From contig JAFSBY010000042.1 of the NCBI GenBank assembly GCA_017437045.1, positions 1,643 to 65,642 of the forward strand: 64,000 nucleotides of DNA. Direction: 5' to 3'. This stretch comes from Alistipes sp. Lineage in GTDB: Bacteria > Bacteroidota > Bacteroidia > Bacteroidales > Rikenellaceae. The notes beneath the pieces are model-generated. The model made no database searches. It was not told the DNA's origin and saw nothing but the letters and a program-made list of their open reading frames with translations. Positions 37,578 through 47,936 of this stretch are shown in pieces (within the stretch, counting starts at the first letter, position 1; each line of letters starts with the position of its first letter). The translations under genes and the position numbers were made by a program.

Positions 37578-37656
37578 ATTTCTGCGTTATGCTTGCTCCC
37601 GAAATCCTCACATACGCATAGTATACTCCGGTTTCGGGAGCTGCGCAGGCCTTGAA
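37578..37656 (+). repeat. Family D structured repeat, copy 1
   Basis: 70/79 identical to 45658-45736; long interrupted stem-loop. Confidence 0.85.
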
Positions 37657-37676
37657 TGGAAATGCCTCATGAATAG

Positions 37677-37720
37677 GAAGGCCTCCGATCGAATGCAGAT
37701 CGGGGGCCTTCTTGTTTATT
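37677..37720 (+). terminator. Terminator of the PUL operon
   Basis: gaaggcctccgatc / gatcgggggccttc followed by a T-rich tail. Confidence 0.8.
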
Positions 37721-37760
37721 TGCAGATTATTGGCTACTTTTGCGGCCTAAAAGGTTAGTT

Positions 37761-39056
37761 ATGATCCATCGAAACCTCATCAAAGGACGCTTCTTGTCCC
37801 TCTCGCCGTTGCTGGTCTTTCTGCTGCTCTATTTGGTCACCTCGCTGGTGGCCGGAGATTTCTATAAAATGCCCATCGCGGTGGCTTTTATCGCCTCGTC
37901 GGTCTATGCCTTGTTGCTCTTGGGTGGTATGTCGCTCTCGGAGCGTATCGAGCGTTTCTCGTCGGGTGCTGCCGATCCGAATATCATGCAGATGATCTGG
38001 ATCTTTGTCCTGGCCGGAGCTTTTGCCCAGTCGGCCAAGGCCATGGGGGCGGTCGATGCGACGGTCGATCTGACACTCACCTTTGTGCCACCGGCCTTCT
38101 TGGCTGCCGGCCTCTTTCTCGCCTCGTGCTTTATCTCGATCTCGATCGGTACCTCGGTCGGCACGATCGTCGCACTGATGCCCGTGGCCTCGGGATTGGC
38201 TGCAGAGACCGGCTTGGAGGCGGCCTATCTGGCAGCCATCGTAGTCGGAGGATCCTTCTTTGGCGATAACCTCTCCTTTATCTCCGATACGACGATTGCG
38301 GCAACCCGCACGCAGGAGTGTGCCATGGTCGATAAATTCCGCTTCAATTTGCGTATTGCCCTGCCGGCTGCGCTGGCGACCCTGCTGATCTATCTGCTCA
38401 ATCCGGCTCATATCGAGGCGGTTGCGGTGCCGCAGACCATCGAGTGGGTGAAGGTGATTCCCTACCTGCTGGTGTTGGTGTTGGCTGTGTTAGGTGTGCA
38501 GGTGATGGTCGTTTTGTTGGTCGGCATTGTGGCTACCGGAGCCATCGGCCTTGTGACCGATTCGTTTGGCCTCTTTGATTGGTGTGGCGAGCTGGGGCAG
38601 GGTGTTGTAGGCATGGGCGAACTGATCATCATTACGCTCTTGGCCGGCGGTATGCTCGAGACGATACGTCTCAATGGCGGTATCGACTACCTGATCGCCC
38701 GCCTGACACGTCACGTGCGAGGACCGCGCGGTGCGCAAGCGGCCATTGCCGGTTTGGTCTGCATGGCCAATCTCTGCACGGCAAACAATACGATTGCCAT
38801 CCTCTCGGTCGGCTCTATCGCCCGCGAAATTGCCGATCGGTTTGGCGTCGATCGACGGAAGAGTGCCTCGCTGCTCGACACCTTCTCCTGCTTTACGCAG
38901 GGGCTACTGCCGTATGGTGCACAACTCCTGATGGCTGCCAGCCTGGCTGCCATCTCACCGCTGGAGATCATCGGAAAGCTCTACTATCCGCTACTGCTCG
39001 GCCTTTGTGCCGTCGTGGCGATCTTGGTGAAGCGGAGAAAGCGCGCTTCGCTTTAG
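37761..39056 (+). CDS. Na+/H+ antiporter NhaC family protein
   Basis: ISISIGTSVGTI, GGSFFGDNLSFISDTTIAATRTQ, ANNTIAIL. Confidence 0.9.
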   Translation: MIHRNLIKGRFLSLSPLLVFLLLYLVTSLVAGDFYKMPIAVAFIASSVYALLLLGGMSLSERIERFSSGAADPNIMQMIWIFVLAGAFAQSAKAMGAVDATVDLTLTFVPPAFLAAGLFLASCFISISIGTSVGTIVALMPVASGLAAETGLEAAYLAAIVVGGSFFGDNLSFISDTTIAATRTQECAMVDKFRFNLRIALPAALATLLIYLLNPAHIEAVAVPQTIEWVKVIPYLLVLVLAVLGVQVMVVLLVGIVATGAIGLVTDSFGLFDWCGELGQGVVGMGELIIITLLAGGMLETIRLNGGIDYLIARLTRHVRGPRGAQAAIAGLVCMANLCTANNTIAILSVGSIAREIADRFGVDRRKSASLLDTFSCFTQGLLPYGAQLLMAASLAAISPLEIIGKLYYPLLLGLCAVVAILVKRRKRASL

Positions 39057-41233
39057 CGCAAGAATAATAATTCGCGGTACTTCGGGAGCGGCCACAGTCG
39101 ATCATCGACCACCTCTTCGAGCTTGTCGATATGCTCGCGGATGCGATCGAAGAGCGAGGCTACCGTATCGTGGTAGGCGATCGCTTTGGCGCGCATATCC
39201 TCGATGCGATTGGCTCGTTTGCGGGCCTCGGTCATCTCGGCCGTAAGTCGCTGGATGGCTGCCGTGTGGTCCTGAATCTTCTTGATTAGGGCAATATCGG
39301 ACGAGGCATTCAATCCGCCAATCTGCGACATCTTATAGACCTTGTCGAGCAACATCGCCTCATAGGCCGAGGCTGTGGGGACAATCTGATTCATGGCCAA
39401 ATCGCCCAATACACGTCCCTCGATCTGGATCTTCTTGACATAGGTTTCCCATTTCACCTCGGTGCGGGCCTCCAGCTCGATCTGCGAATAGACCTCCGTG
39501 CGGGCAAAGAGCTCGATGGTCTTGGCATCGAGGTAGCGGTCGAAGATCAGCGGTGTCGAACGCTCGCAGTCCAGACCACGGCGGGCAGCCTCCTCGCGCC
39601 AAGCATCCGAATAGCCGTTGCCGTCGAAACGAATCGGGGCACAGGCCTTGATCATCTGCTTGAGCTCCTCGTAGATCGCCTTCTCCTTCTTCATGCCCGC
39701 CTCGATCTTCTGATCGACACGCGTCTTGAACTGCGTCAGCTCGTCGGCCAATGCCGTGTTGAGCGTGATGATCGCTTCGGCACAGTTGTCCGACGCTCCG
39801 GCAGCACGGAACTCGAAACGGTTACCCGTAAAGGCAAAGGGCGAGGTGCGGTTGCGGTCAGTGTTGTCGCGTAGTAGGGTGGGGATGTGCGAGATACCGC
39901 TCATCTTGAAGACCCCTTTGGCATCGAAACGGATGGCATTATCCCCCTTCGAGGCGGCCAACTTATCCAATACGGCCGAGACCTGTGTGCCGAGGAAGGT
40001 CGAAATGATCGCCGGCGGAGCCTCGTTGGCACCCAGACGGTGGTCGTTCGTGGCACTCATGACGGCTGCCTTGAGCAGTCCGTTGTGTTTGTAGACCGAC
40101 GAGATGACATTGACCAGGAAGGTGATGAATTGCAGATTCTCCGAGGCCGTTTTGCCCGGGCTCATCAGATTGACACCCGTATTGGTGCCCAACGACCAAT
40201 TGTTGTGCTTACCCGAGCCATTGATCCCCTTGAAGGGCTTTTCGTGGAGCAATACCCGGAAATGGTGGCGGCGCGCCGTCTTATCCATGATCGTCATCAG
40301 CAGCTGGTTGTGGTCGTTGGCCAGATTCGCCTCCTCGAATACGGGAGCCAACTCAAACTGATTGGGTGCCACCTCGTTGTGGCGTGTTTTGACCGGAATA
40401 CCCAACTTCAAACACTCATACTCGAGTTCCTTCATGAAGGCCATCACGCGCGTCGGAATCGCCCCGAAGTAGTGGTCCTCCAACTGCTGATTCTTGGCCG
40501 ACTCGTGCCCCATCAGCGTGCGTCCGGTGAGCATCAGGTCGGGACGTACGGCCCACAGACTCTCATCGACCAGAAAATACTCCTGCTCCCAGCCCAGGTA
40601 GGTGTGCACCTTCTCCACGTTGCGGTCGAAGTAGTGGCAGACCTCCGTAGCGGCTTTGTCCACAGCGGCAATCGAACGCAGCAGAGGCACCTTGTAGTCC
40701 AACGCCTCGCCCGTGTAGGCGATAAAGACGGTCGGAATACAGAGCGTCGTATCGACAATAAAGGCCGGCGAGGTGGGATCCCACGCCGAATAGCCGCGAG
40801 CCTCGAAGGTGTTGCGGATGCCTCCGTTGGGGAACGACGAAGCGTCCGGCTCCTGCTGTACGAGCAGCTTGCCCGAGAACTCCTCGAGGACACCGCCAAA
40901 ACCATCGGGCTGGGCAAAAGCGTCGTGCTTCTCGGCTGTTCCGCCCGTCAGCGGCTGAAACCAGTGGGTGTAGTGGTCAGCACCATGCTCTAAGGCCCAT
41001 TGGCGCATGCCGGCTGCAATCGAATCGGCCACCTCACGTGTCAGGGGTGTGCCGTTCTCCATCGTATCGGAGAGGATCTGATAGGTGCGCTTGTCGAGGT
41101 ATTTGCGCATGGCGGCATGCGAGAAGACCTTCTCACCGAAATAGTCCGAAGGACGACCCTCGGGGGCATCGACCTCAACGGCCGTGTGGTTGATGGCTGC
41201 ATCGACCATCTTGAATCTGAGCGATGATGACAT
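39053..41233 (-). CDS. glnA: Glutamine synthetase type III
   Basis: THWFQPLTGGTAEKHD, EPDASSFPNGG, HNEVAPNQFE, HEKPFKGINGSGKHNNWS, DRNRTSPFAFTGNRFEFRA. Start placed at ATG 41233. Confidence 0.96.
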   Translation of the reverse strand: MSSSLRFKMVDAAINHTAVEVDAPEGRPSDYFGEKVFSHAAMRKYLDKRTYQILSDTMENGTPLTREVADSIAAGMRQWALEHGADHYTHWFQPLTGGTAEKHDAFAQPDGFGGVLEEFSGKLLVQQEPDASSFPNGGIRNTFEARGYSAWDPTSPAFIVDTTLCIPTVFIAYTGEALDYKVPLLRSIAAVDKAATEVCHYFDRNVEKVHTYLGWEQEYFLVDESLWAVRPDLMLTGRTLMGHESAKNQQLEDHYFGAIPTRVMAFMKELEYECLKLGIPVKTRHNEVAPNQFELAPVFEEANLANDHNQLLMTIMDKTARRHHFRVLLHEKPFKGINGSGKHNNWSLGTNTGVNLMSPGKTASENLQFITFLVNVISSVYKHNGLLKAAVMSATNDHRLGANEAPPAIISTFLGTQVSAVLDKLAASKGDNAIRFDAKGVFKMSGISHIPTLLRDNTDRNRTSPFAFTGNRFEFRAAGASDNCAEAIITLNTALADELTQFKTRVDQKIEAGMKKEKAIYEELKQMIKACAPIRFDGNGYSDAWREEAARRGLDCERSTPLIFDRYLDAKTIELFARTEVYSQIELEARTEVKWETYVKKIQIEGRVLGDLAMNQIVPTASAYEAMLLDKVYKMSQIGGLNASSDIALIKKIQDHTAAIQRLTAEMTEARKRANRIEDMRAKAIAYHDTVASLFDRIREHIDKLEEVVDDRLWPLPKYRELLFLR

Positions 41234-41660
41234 AGACTGAAAATCTGTTTCTGCAAAGGTAGAAATTTTCTGTTTATGTCGTATCGCCAAAAGTGTAAAT
41301 TTTTGCCGATACACTGAATTTTTACCTGTTTTTCGTGAAAATGGCTGCTTTTTTCGGGGCGAGGATCGAAAAAACGCCCTCTTTTTTGGGAAAGTGGCGC
41401 GAAAAACCGGTCGTTTGCTGAAATTTTGGATTTTTTGAATTTTCTCGATTTTGAGGAGTTTTAGTGGAAAAGTGGTCGAAATAGCTGATTCTGGGGCAAA
41501 GGGTGTTAAAAGTGGTCGATTTGTCCGATATGGCGTAGAGAACTTTGGGATTGTTATTTTCCTAACAAAATGTGTGTTATTTTGCAGAAAAATGTGTATC
41601 TTTACGCGCATTTTTAAGGCAATAAGCAATACCTAACAAAATATTAACTAAAAAAGAGTT

Positions 41661-43496
41661 ATGGCAAATTCCAAAAGTGAAAAGCTGTTCGCTGAATTTC
41701 CCGCCGTCTCGACCGAGAAGTGGGAAGAGGTGATCACAGCAGACCTGAAGGGTGCCGACTACGAGCGTAAGCTGGTATGGCGTACGGGCGAGGGCTTCAA
41801 CCTGCGTCCCTACTACCGTGCCGAGAACCTCGAGGGCATCGAGTTCCTGGGCGCAAAAGCCGGGGAGTTCCCCTATGTGCGTGGTACGCGCTGCAACAAT
41901 GAGTGGCGTATCCACCAGACCGTGAAGGTGACGGATCCCGTAGCAGCCAATGCCGAGGCATTGAAGTTGCTCAATTCGGGTGTCGATTCGATCGGTTTCT
42001 GCTCGTGCGGTTGCACGAAACTGACGGCCGAGGGCCTCGATCAGCTGCTGGCAGGTATCGTGCTGCCGGCCGTTGAGATGGTCTTCTGCGGTGAGTGTGT
42101 AGGCGAGGTGGCCGAGTTGGTACTCGCTAAGTTGGAGAAGGAGGGCGTTGAGGATGCCCACATCTCGTTTGTGATTGACCCCATTGTGAAGGGCCTCTCG
42201 AAGAAGGGAGCACTTTGCGACGAGTGCATGCAGAAGGTTGCTGCCCTGGTGAAGAAGGCTGCCGCCTGGAAGCACGTGCGCGTGGTTACGGTCAGCGCAC
42301 AGATCTTCGGCAACGCCGGCTCGACGATCGTCGAGGAGTTGGCTTTCGCCCTCTCGGCAGGTCAGGAGTATATGGCTCGTCTGACCGATGCCGGTCTGAC
42401 GGTCGATGAGGCTGCTCGTGCACTGCGTTTCTCGTTCTCCGTATCGTCGAACTACTTCATGGAGATCGCCAAGTTCCGTGCGGCTCGTATGTTGTGGGCC
42501 AACATCGTCAAGGGTTATGAGCCCGAAAAGCTCTGCTCGTCGAAGATGCTCATCCACGCCGAGACGTCGCGCTGGAACCAGAGCGTGTACGACCCCTATG
42601 TGAACATGCTGCGCGGTACGACCGAGGCGATGTCGGCTACGATTGCCGGTGTACACTCGCTGGAGGTTGTTCCCTTCAACGCCGCTTATGCCGAGGCTGA
42701 TGAGTTCTCGAAGCGCATTGCTCGCAACGTAGAGCTGCTGCTCAAGCATGAGTCGCACTTCGACCAGGTGGTCGATCCGGCCGGTGGTTCGTACTACATC
42801 GAGAACCTCACGGCATCGATCGCTGCCGAGGCTTGGAAGCTCTTCCTCGAGTTGGAGGAGAAGGGTGGCTATGCTGCCGCTTATGAGGCCGGTGTGATCA
42901 AGGAGAAGATCGAGGCTTCGGCTGCCCTGAAGGATAAGAACATCGCTACGCGTCGTCAGATCCTGCTGGGTGCTAACCAGTATCCCAACTTCACGGAGGT
43001 TGCCGGTGAGGAGCTGACGATGGAGGCTGTAGAGCGCGACGTGAAGGAGGGCAACCTCTTGAACGCCTACCGTGGTGCTATGGCTTTCGAGAAGATGCGC
43101 CTCGAGGTGGATCGCTCGGGCAAGGAGCCGAAGGCCTTCATGCTCACCTGCGGTTCGCTCGGTATGGCACGTGCTCGTGCACAGTTCTCGTGCAACTTCT
43201 TCGGTTGCGCCGGTATCCGCGTGATCGACAATACCTTCTTCAAGTCGCTTGAGGAGGGCGTTGAGGCCGCTTTGGCTTCGAAGGCCGAGATCGTGGTTGT
43301 CTGCGCTTCGGATGACGATTATGCCGAGGTAGCTCCGAAGATCAAGGAGATGCTGGGTGGCCAGGCAATCTTGGTGGTTGCTGGTGCTCCGGCCTGCACG
43401 CCCGAGTTGGAGGCACAGGGCATTACGAACTTCATCAACGTGAAGTCGAATGTGCTCGAAACACTGAAGTTCTACCTTAAAGAGATGGGAATCTAA
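41661..43496 (+). CDS. mutA: Methylmalonyl-CoA mutase small subunit
   Basis: [26 protein letters not shown]; lacks DxHxxG; precedes the large subunit. Confidence 0.93.
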   Translation: MANSKSEKLFAEFPAVSTEKWEEVITADLKGADYERKLVWRTGEGFNLRPYYRAENLEGIEFLGAKAGEFPYVRGTRCNNEWRIHQTVKVTDPVAANAEALKLLNSGVDSIGFCSCGCTKLTAEGLDQLLAGIVLPAVEMVFCGECVGEVAELVLAKLEKEGVEDAHISFVIDPIVKGLSKKGALCDECMQKVAALVKKAAAWKHVRVVTVSAQIFGNAGSTIVEELAFALSAGQEYMARLTDAGLTVDEAARALRFSFSVSSNYFMEIAKFRAARMLWANIVKGYEPEKLCSSKMLIHAETSRWNQSVYDPYVNMLRGTTEAMSATIAGVHSLEVVPFNAAYAEADEFSKRIARNVELLLKHESHFDQVVDPAGGSYYIENLTASIAAEAWKLFLELEEKGGYAAAYEAGVIKEKIEASAALKDKNIATRRQILLGANQYPNFTEVAGEELTMEAVERDVKEGNLLNAYRGAMAFEKMRLEVDRSGKEPKAFMLTCGSLGMARARAQFSCNFFGCAGIRVIDNTFFKSLEEGVEAALASKAEIVVVCASDDDYAEVAPKIKEMLGGQAILVVAGAPACTPELEAQGITNFINVKSNVLETLKFYLKEMGI

Positions 43497-43498
43497 TT

Positions 43499-45634
43499 AT
43501 GAGAGCGAAATTTTCTGAACTCAAATACGATGCTGCAGCCCAGACGACGTGCTGCGGCAAGAAGCGCTGCGAGGATAAGCAGCCTTGGATGACTGCAGAG
43601 CAGATTCCCGTCAAGGGAATGTACACGGCCGAGGATTTGGCCGGTATGGAGCACCTGAACTATGCTGCAGGTGTGGCTCCCTACCTGCGTGGTCCCTATT
43701 CGACGATGTATGTGATGCGTCCCTGGACGATCCGTCAGTATGCCGGTTTCTCGACTGCCGAGGAGTCGAATGCATTCTATCGTCGTAACCTGGCTGCCGG
43801 CCAGAAGGGTCTTTCGGTGGCCTTTGACCTGGCTACGCACCGTGGTTACGATGCTGACCACCCGCGTGTAGTCGGTGATGTTGGTAAGGCCGGTGTGTCG
43901 ATCTGCTCGGTCGAGGATATGAAGGTGCTCTTCAACGGTATTCCGCTCGATCGCATGTCGGTGTCGATGACCATGAACGGTGCCGTGCTGCCCATCCTGG
44001 CCTTCTACATCGTGACGGGTCTGGAGCAGGGTGCTACGCTCGACCAGCTGGCCGGTACGATCCAGAACGACATCTTGAAGGAGTTCATGGTGCGTAACAC
44101 CTACATCTATCCGCCCGAGTTCTCGATGCGTATTATTGCCGATATTTTCGAGTACACGTCGAAGAATATGCCCAAGTTCAACTCGATCTCGATTTCGGGT
44201 TACCACATGCAGGAGGCAGGTGCTACGGCCGACATCGAGCTGGCCTACACGCTGGCCGACGGTCTGGAGTATCTGCGTGCCGGTATCAATGCCGGTATGT
44301 CGGTGGATGCCTTCGCGCCGCGTCTGTCGTTCTTCTGGGCTATCGGTATGAACCACTTCATGGAGATCGCCAAGATGCGCGCCGCTCGTATGTTGTGGGC
44401 CAAGATCGTCAAGCAGTTCGATCCGAAGAATCCCAAGTCGCTCGCCCTGCGTACCCACTCGCAGACGTCGGGTTGGTCGCTCACCGAGCAGGATCCCTTC
44501 AACAACGTGGCTCGTACGGCTATCGAGGCTATGGGTGCTGCGCTGGGTCACACGCAGTCGTTGCACACGAACGCGTTGGACGAGGCTATCGCCCTGCCGA
44601 CCGACTTCTCGGCTCGTATTGCACGTAACACGCAGATCTACATCCAGGAGGAGACCTCGGTTTGCCGTCAGGTCGATCCGTGGGCAGGTTCGTACTATGT
44701 AGAGCACCTGACCAACGAGATTGCCCACAAGGCGTGGGAGCATATCCAGGAGGTGGAGAAGCTGGGCGGTATGGCCAAGGCTATCGAGACCGGTATTCCG
44801 AAGATGCGTATCGAGGAGGCTTCGGCCCGCACGCAGGCTCGTATCGACTCGGGTGAGCAGAAGATCATCGGTCTGAATGAGTACCGTCTGGAGAAAGAGG
44901 CTCCGATCGACATCTTGGCCGTAGATAACACGGCTGTACGCGAGAGCCAGGTGAAGCGTCTGCAGGAGCTGCGCGCTAACCGCGATCAGGCGGCTGTTGA
45001 TAAAGCGTTGGCTGCCATCACCGAATGCGTGAAGACGGGCGAGGGTAACCTGCTCGAGCTGGCCGTTGAGGCTGCCAAGGTACGCGCTACGCTGGGTGAG
45101 ATCTCGGATGCTTGCGAGGTTGTTGTAGGTCGCTATAAGGCCGTTATTCGTTCCATTTCAGGAGTTTATAGTTCAGCTGTGAAAAACGATGATTCGTTCG
45201 AGCGCGCCAAGGAGATGTGCGCCGAGTTTGCAAAGAAGGAGGGCCGTCAGCCGCGTATCATGATCGCCAAGCTGGGTCAGGATGGTCACGACCGTGGTGC
45301 TAAGGTCGTAGCTACGGGTTATGCCGATATCGGCTTCGATGTCGATATGGGTCCGCTCTTCCAGACGCCCGCCGAGGCTGCCAAGCAGGCTGTGGAGAAC
45401 GACGTACACATCGTGGGTGTGTCGTCGCTGGCCGCCGGTCACTTGACGCTCGTGCCGCAGATCATCGAGGTGCTGAAGAAGTTGGGTCGTGAGGATATCA
45501 TCGTCGTTGTGGGCGGTGTGATCCCCGCACAGGACTACGATCAGCTCTATCGTGACGGTGCAGCTGCTATCTTCGGCCCCGGTACGAAGATTGCCGTGTC
45601 GGCGATTAAGATGTTGGAGATTCTCGCAGAGTAG
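43499..45634 (+). CDS. scpA: Methylmalonyl-CoA mutase large subunit
   Basis: [26 protein letters not shown]12-binding [10 protein letters not shown]. Confidence 0.97.
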   Translation: MRAKFSELKYDAAAQTTCCGKKRCEDKQPWMTAEQIPVKGMYTAEDLAGMEHLNYAAGVAPYLRGPYSTMYVMRPWTIRQYAGFSTAEESNAFYRRNLAAGQKGLSVAFDLATHRGYDADHPRVVGDVGKAGVSICSVEDMKVLFNGIPLDRMSVSMTMNGAVLPILAFYIVTGLEQGATLDQLAGTIQNDILKEFMVRNTYIYPPEFSMRIIADIFEYTSKNMPKFNSISISGYHMQEAGATADIELAYTLADGLEYLRAGINAGMSVDAFAPRLSFFWAIGMNHFMEIAKMRAARMLWAKIVKQFDPKNPKSLALRTHSQTSGWSLTEQDPFNNVARTAIEAMGAALGHTQSLHTNALDEAIALPTDFSARIARNTQIYIQEETSVCRQVDPWAGSYYVEHLTNEIAHKAWEHIQEVEKLGGMAKAIETGIPKMRIEEASARTQARIDSGEQKIIGLNEYRLEKEAPIDILAVDNTAVRESQVKRLQELRANRDQAAVDKALAAITECVKTGEGNLLELAVEAAKVRATLGEISDACEVVVGRYKAVIRSISGVYSSAVKNDDSFERAKEMCAEFAKKEGRQPRIMIAKLGQDGHDRGAKVVATGYADIGFDVDMGPLFQTPAEAAKQAVENDVHIVGVSSLAAGHLTLVPQIIEVLKKLGREDIIVVVGGVIPAQDYDQLYRDGAAAIFGPGTKIAVSAIKMLEILAE

Positions 45635-45657
45635 TAATCAAAGCCGTCTGACGGGCG

Positions 45658-45760
45658 ATTTCTGCGTTACGCTTGCGCTCGAAATCCTCACATACGCATA
45701 GTATGCTGCGGTTTCGAGCACTGCGCAAGCCTTGAACTCACCTCGTCATACAACTTTGAT
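45658..45760 (+). repeat. Family D structured repeat, copy 2 (with imperfect terminal inverted repeats, about 45646-45751)
   Basis: See copy 1; gtctgacgggcgatt versus aactcacctcgtcatac at the ends. Confidence 0.85.
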
Positions 45761-45769
45761 GTTAAAGCG

Positions 45770-45804
45770 AAAGGGGGAGCACTGAAGCGTGTTCCCCCTT
45801 TTTT
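45770..45804 (+). terminator. Terminator T1 after mutase operon
   Basis: aagggggagcac / gtgttccccctt followed by a T-run. Confidence 0.8.
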
Positions 45805-45882
45805 GTCTAAAACTCGGCTCATCATTCCCAATCTGTAAAGTAGAGAAAAGGGTTGTTCGCCATGGCGGGCAACCCTCTCTTT

Positions 45883-45939
45883 TGCTGCGGTTTCGAGCCC
45901 TGCGCAAGCCTTGAACTCACCTTGTCATACAACTTTGAT
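45883..45939 (+). repeat. 57-bp direct repeat of 45704-45760 (right half of family D)
   Basis: 55/57 identical. Confidence 0.9.
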
Positions 45940-45945
45940 CATCGC

Positions 45946-45983
45946 AAAAGAGTGTGTCCCCTTGCAGGGATACACTCTTTTTT
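45946..45983 (+). terminator. Terminator T3 after the second direct repeat
   Basis: aaaagagtgtgtccc / gggatacactctttt followed by T. Confidence 0.8.
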
Positions 45984-46079
45984 CGTTCGCTCTGCAGTGT
46001 GTACTTTTGTCCGCCAAGTGGGAGGTCGTTTATCGAAGTGGCCTTCCTTGTTTTGTGGGGCTGTTAGCTTGCATTCTTG

Positions 46080-46120
46080 CCCATTGCTCCCATTGCTCCC
46101 ATTGCTCCCATAACTCTTAT
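46080..46120. repeat. 9-mer tandem repeat (CCCATTGCT)x3 + CCCATAACT
   Basis: Direct reading; ends in ataactcttat, also seen near 7150. Confidence 0.8.
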
Positions 46121-46132
46121 ACCCCCTCCCGC

Positions 46133-46168
46133 AAAAAAAACTCCCCCGACCAACCGGTCGGGGGAGTT
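46133..46168 (-). terminator. Terminator of rpsU
   Basis: aactcccccgacc / ggtcgggggagtt, with an A-run on +. Confidence 0.85.
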
Positions 46169-46189
46169 GAGCTATCTATCGGTGAACGA

Positions 46190-46381
46190 TTAGTCGTCCA
46201 GGTGATAGGTGTGCTGTACGTAGATGGCGTGAGCCATAGCGTCGCGCTTTGCGATCGAAGGCTTCGTGAAGTACTGACGACGACGCAGCTCCTTCAGAAC
46301 GCCCGTGCGCTCATACTTACGCTTGAACTTCTTCAGGGCGCGCTCGATGTTCTCGCCCTCCTTTACCGTAGTGATAATCAT
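46190..46381 (-). CDS. rpsU: 30S ribosomal protein S21
   Basis: VKEGENIERALKKFKRKYERTGVLKELRRRQYFTKPS. Confidence 0.97.
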   Translation of the reverse strand: MIITTVKEGENIERALKKFKRKYERTGVLKELRRRQYFTKPSIAKRDAMAHAIYVQHTYHLDD

Positions 46382-46615
46382 AGTTGTATTCTTTTTTTTG
46401 TGTTTAATGCTTCTATTGTTTGAGGTTGTCTCCCCGCTTGGGCAAGCCTCCTCTGGGCTTGGGAACTCTTTGTTGGCGAGCTGTTCCTCGCTCGGGATCG
46501 CTGCATGCTACTCATCGTAGGCAACAGCAGATCGCTGTTTGATCAATTTACAGTTTTGAATCGCTTTCTTGTAAGGTGTGCACCCCGAACCATTTGCTTG
46601 TTTATCACAAGCCGC

Positions 46616-47680
46616 TCAATCGGCCTCCGTGCCAAAGACCAAATAGGGTCTTAATCGCTCGGCCTCCTCTTGGGTTACTATTTTGTGTCGTACCAATTCC
46701 TGGGTGCTACTCCAACCTCCTTTCTGCGTTCTAAACTTAATTATTCTCCGTAACATGCCCGGCGGAATGTATGGATGCCGTCGGAGCGTTTCCGGAGGTG
46801 CAAAGTTAATATCAATTTTTTGAATTTCATTACTATCACAGCAAATTTGTTGCGAAATTTTGTAATAATTTTCGGGTGTGACCCCTCTAACCTCCCGAAT
46901 TTGCTCAATATGATGGAATCCACCGAGGCGCAGCCGGTATTTTAGGATCTCGACGACCGTCTTCTCGCCAATACCTACCACACGTCGCAGGGTGGCCGAG
47001 TCGGCTCGATTGATCTCGATCGGCTCCTCCCACGGGGTAGGCTCCGGCTCGGGGAAGAGGATGTAGGGCTCCAAGAGGGTGGCAATCGAATCCTCTACGA
47101 CGTAGCACTCCCGGAACTCTTCCATGTCGCGGAATCCGCTCCGGTCGCGCCAACGAATCACCGCCTCGGCCTGCCGTTTGGTAAAGGCTCCGATGGCGCG
47201 CAGATACTTGGCCGATACGGTGTCGATGCGGAATGGCGCGAGGGGTAGGCGAGGCAGGGAGTCCTTTACGCGCGTATAAGTATAGGTGCGCTCGGCGCGT
47301 GGTTTGATGCGATAGGCCTCGCCAATCTGGATGTAGGGAGCTAGCACCCGATAGGCCGAGTCGCTGATGCCATAGCACAAGGCCACATCTTCGGGGATGC
47401 GGAACACCTTGCCCGAGGCGCGAAATTTGAGTAGCGAGACCGCCTCGTAGCGGCTCATGCCTAACTCGCGGAGGGCCTCATAATCGGCCGTGTTGGGGTC
47501 GAAGGGGGCGAGTCGCAGGCTGTCGATCGGCTCCTCGGCTTCGTTGAGGCGTTCGACGGCTGCTGTGGCAAGGCTGTCTTCGCGACGCTCCGCGAGCCGC
47601 AGCCCGAGGATCACAGCCCCGGCCAGCAGCACAAAGAGCACCACGCCTTGCGACTCACGCTTTGTAAACCAACTTCCCAT
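46616..47680 (-). CDS. Helix-hairpin-helix (ComEA-like) domain protein
   Basis: N-terminal TM; repeated FDPNTAD, IEINRADSATLRRVVGIGE, IDINFA HhH modules. Confidence 0.88.
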   Translation of the reverse strand: MGSWFTKRESQGVVLFVLLAGAVILGLRLAERREDSLATAAVERLNEAEEPIDSLRLAPFDPNTADYEALRELGMSRYEAVSLLKFRASGKVFRIPEDVALCYGISDSAYRVLAPYIQIGEAYRIKPRAERTYTYTRVKDSLPRLPLAPFRIDTVSAKYLRAIGAFTKRQAEAVIRWRDRSGFRDMEEFRECYVVEDSIATLLEPYILFPEPEPTPWEEPIEINRADSATLRRVVGIGEKTVVEILKYRLRLGGFHHIEQIREVRGVTPENYYKISQQICCDSNEIQKIDINFAPPETLRRHPYIPPGMLRRIIKFRTQKGGWSSTQELVRHKIVTQEEAERLRPYLVFGTEAD

Positions 47681-47714
47681 AAGACAAAGGTACAAAATGT
47701 TTTGGGCCTACAAA

Positions 47715-47752
47715 CAAAAAAAGAGAGCCAATTTTGGGCTCTCTTCTTTTTG
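47715..47752 (-). terminator. Terminator following the duplicated sdhB 3' end
   Basis: aagagagcc(a)a / ttgggctctctt flanked by A/T runs. Confidence 0.75.
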
Positions 47753-47766
47753 TGATCCGTCAGATT

Positions 47767-47812
47767 GCTTAGTCTCTCAACTTTGCACGCAGGAACTCGC
47801 GGTTCAAGCGAG
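47767..47812 (-). repeat. 46-bp direct repeat of the sdhB 3' end (att-like)
   Basis: 44/46 identical to 47935-47980; both differences are synonymous in the sdhB frame. Confidence 0.92.
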
Positions 47813-47886
47813 TCCACCCCTTTTCAAAGGGGCCGGGGGATTGTCAATATCATTTGTGCTCTGCGCATATCGCTCGCTCATTGCTA

Positions 47887-47920
47887 CAAAAAAAAGAGCC
47901 CCGCAGGGCTCTTTTTTTTG
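47887..47920 (-). terminator. Terminator of sdhCAB
   Basis: caaaaaaaagagccc / gggctcttttttttg. Confidence 0.88.
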
Positions 47921-47936
47921 TACGTATCACGTTGGC

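Noticed and set aside
41234-41629. 132-aa N-terminal extension of the glnA ORF
   Set aside because: Low-complexity K/F-rich translation of AT-rich promoter DNA; GSIII similarity begins near ATG 41233.
41240-41660. Cobalamin riboswitch before methylmalonyl-CoA mutase
   Set aside because: No B12-box or GCCACTG core found.
45853-46423. ORFs 45853-46113 and 45911-46423 on +
   Set aside because: They run through terminators and a microsatellite (HCSHCSHCS) and overlap rpsU antisense; no coding signal.
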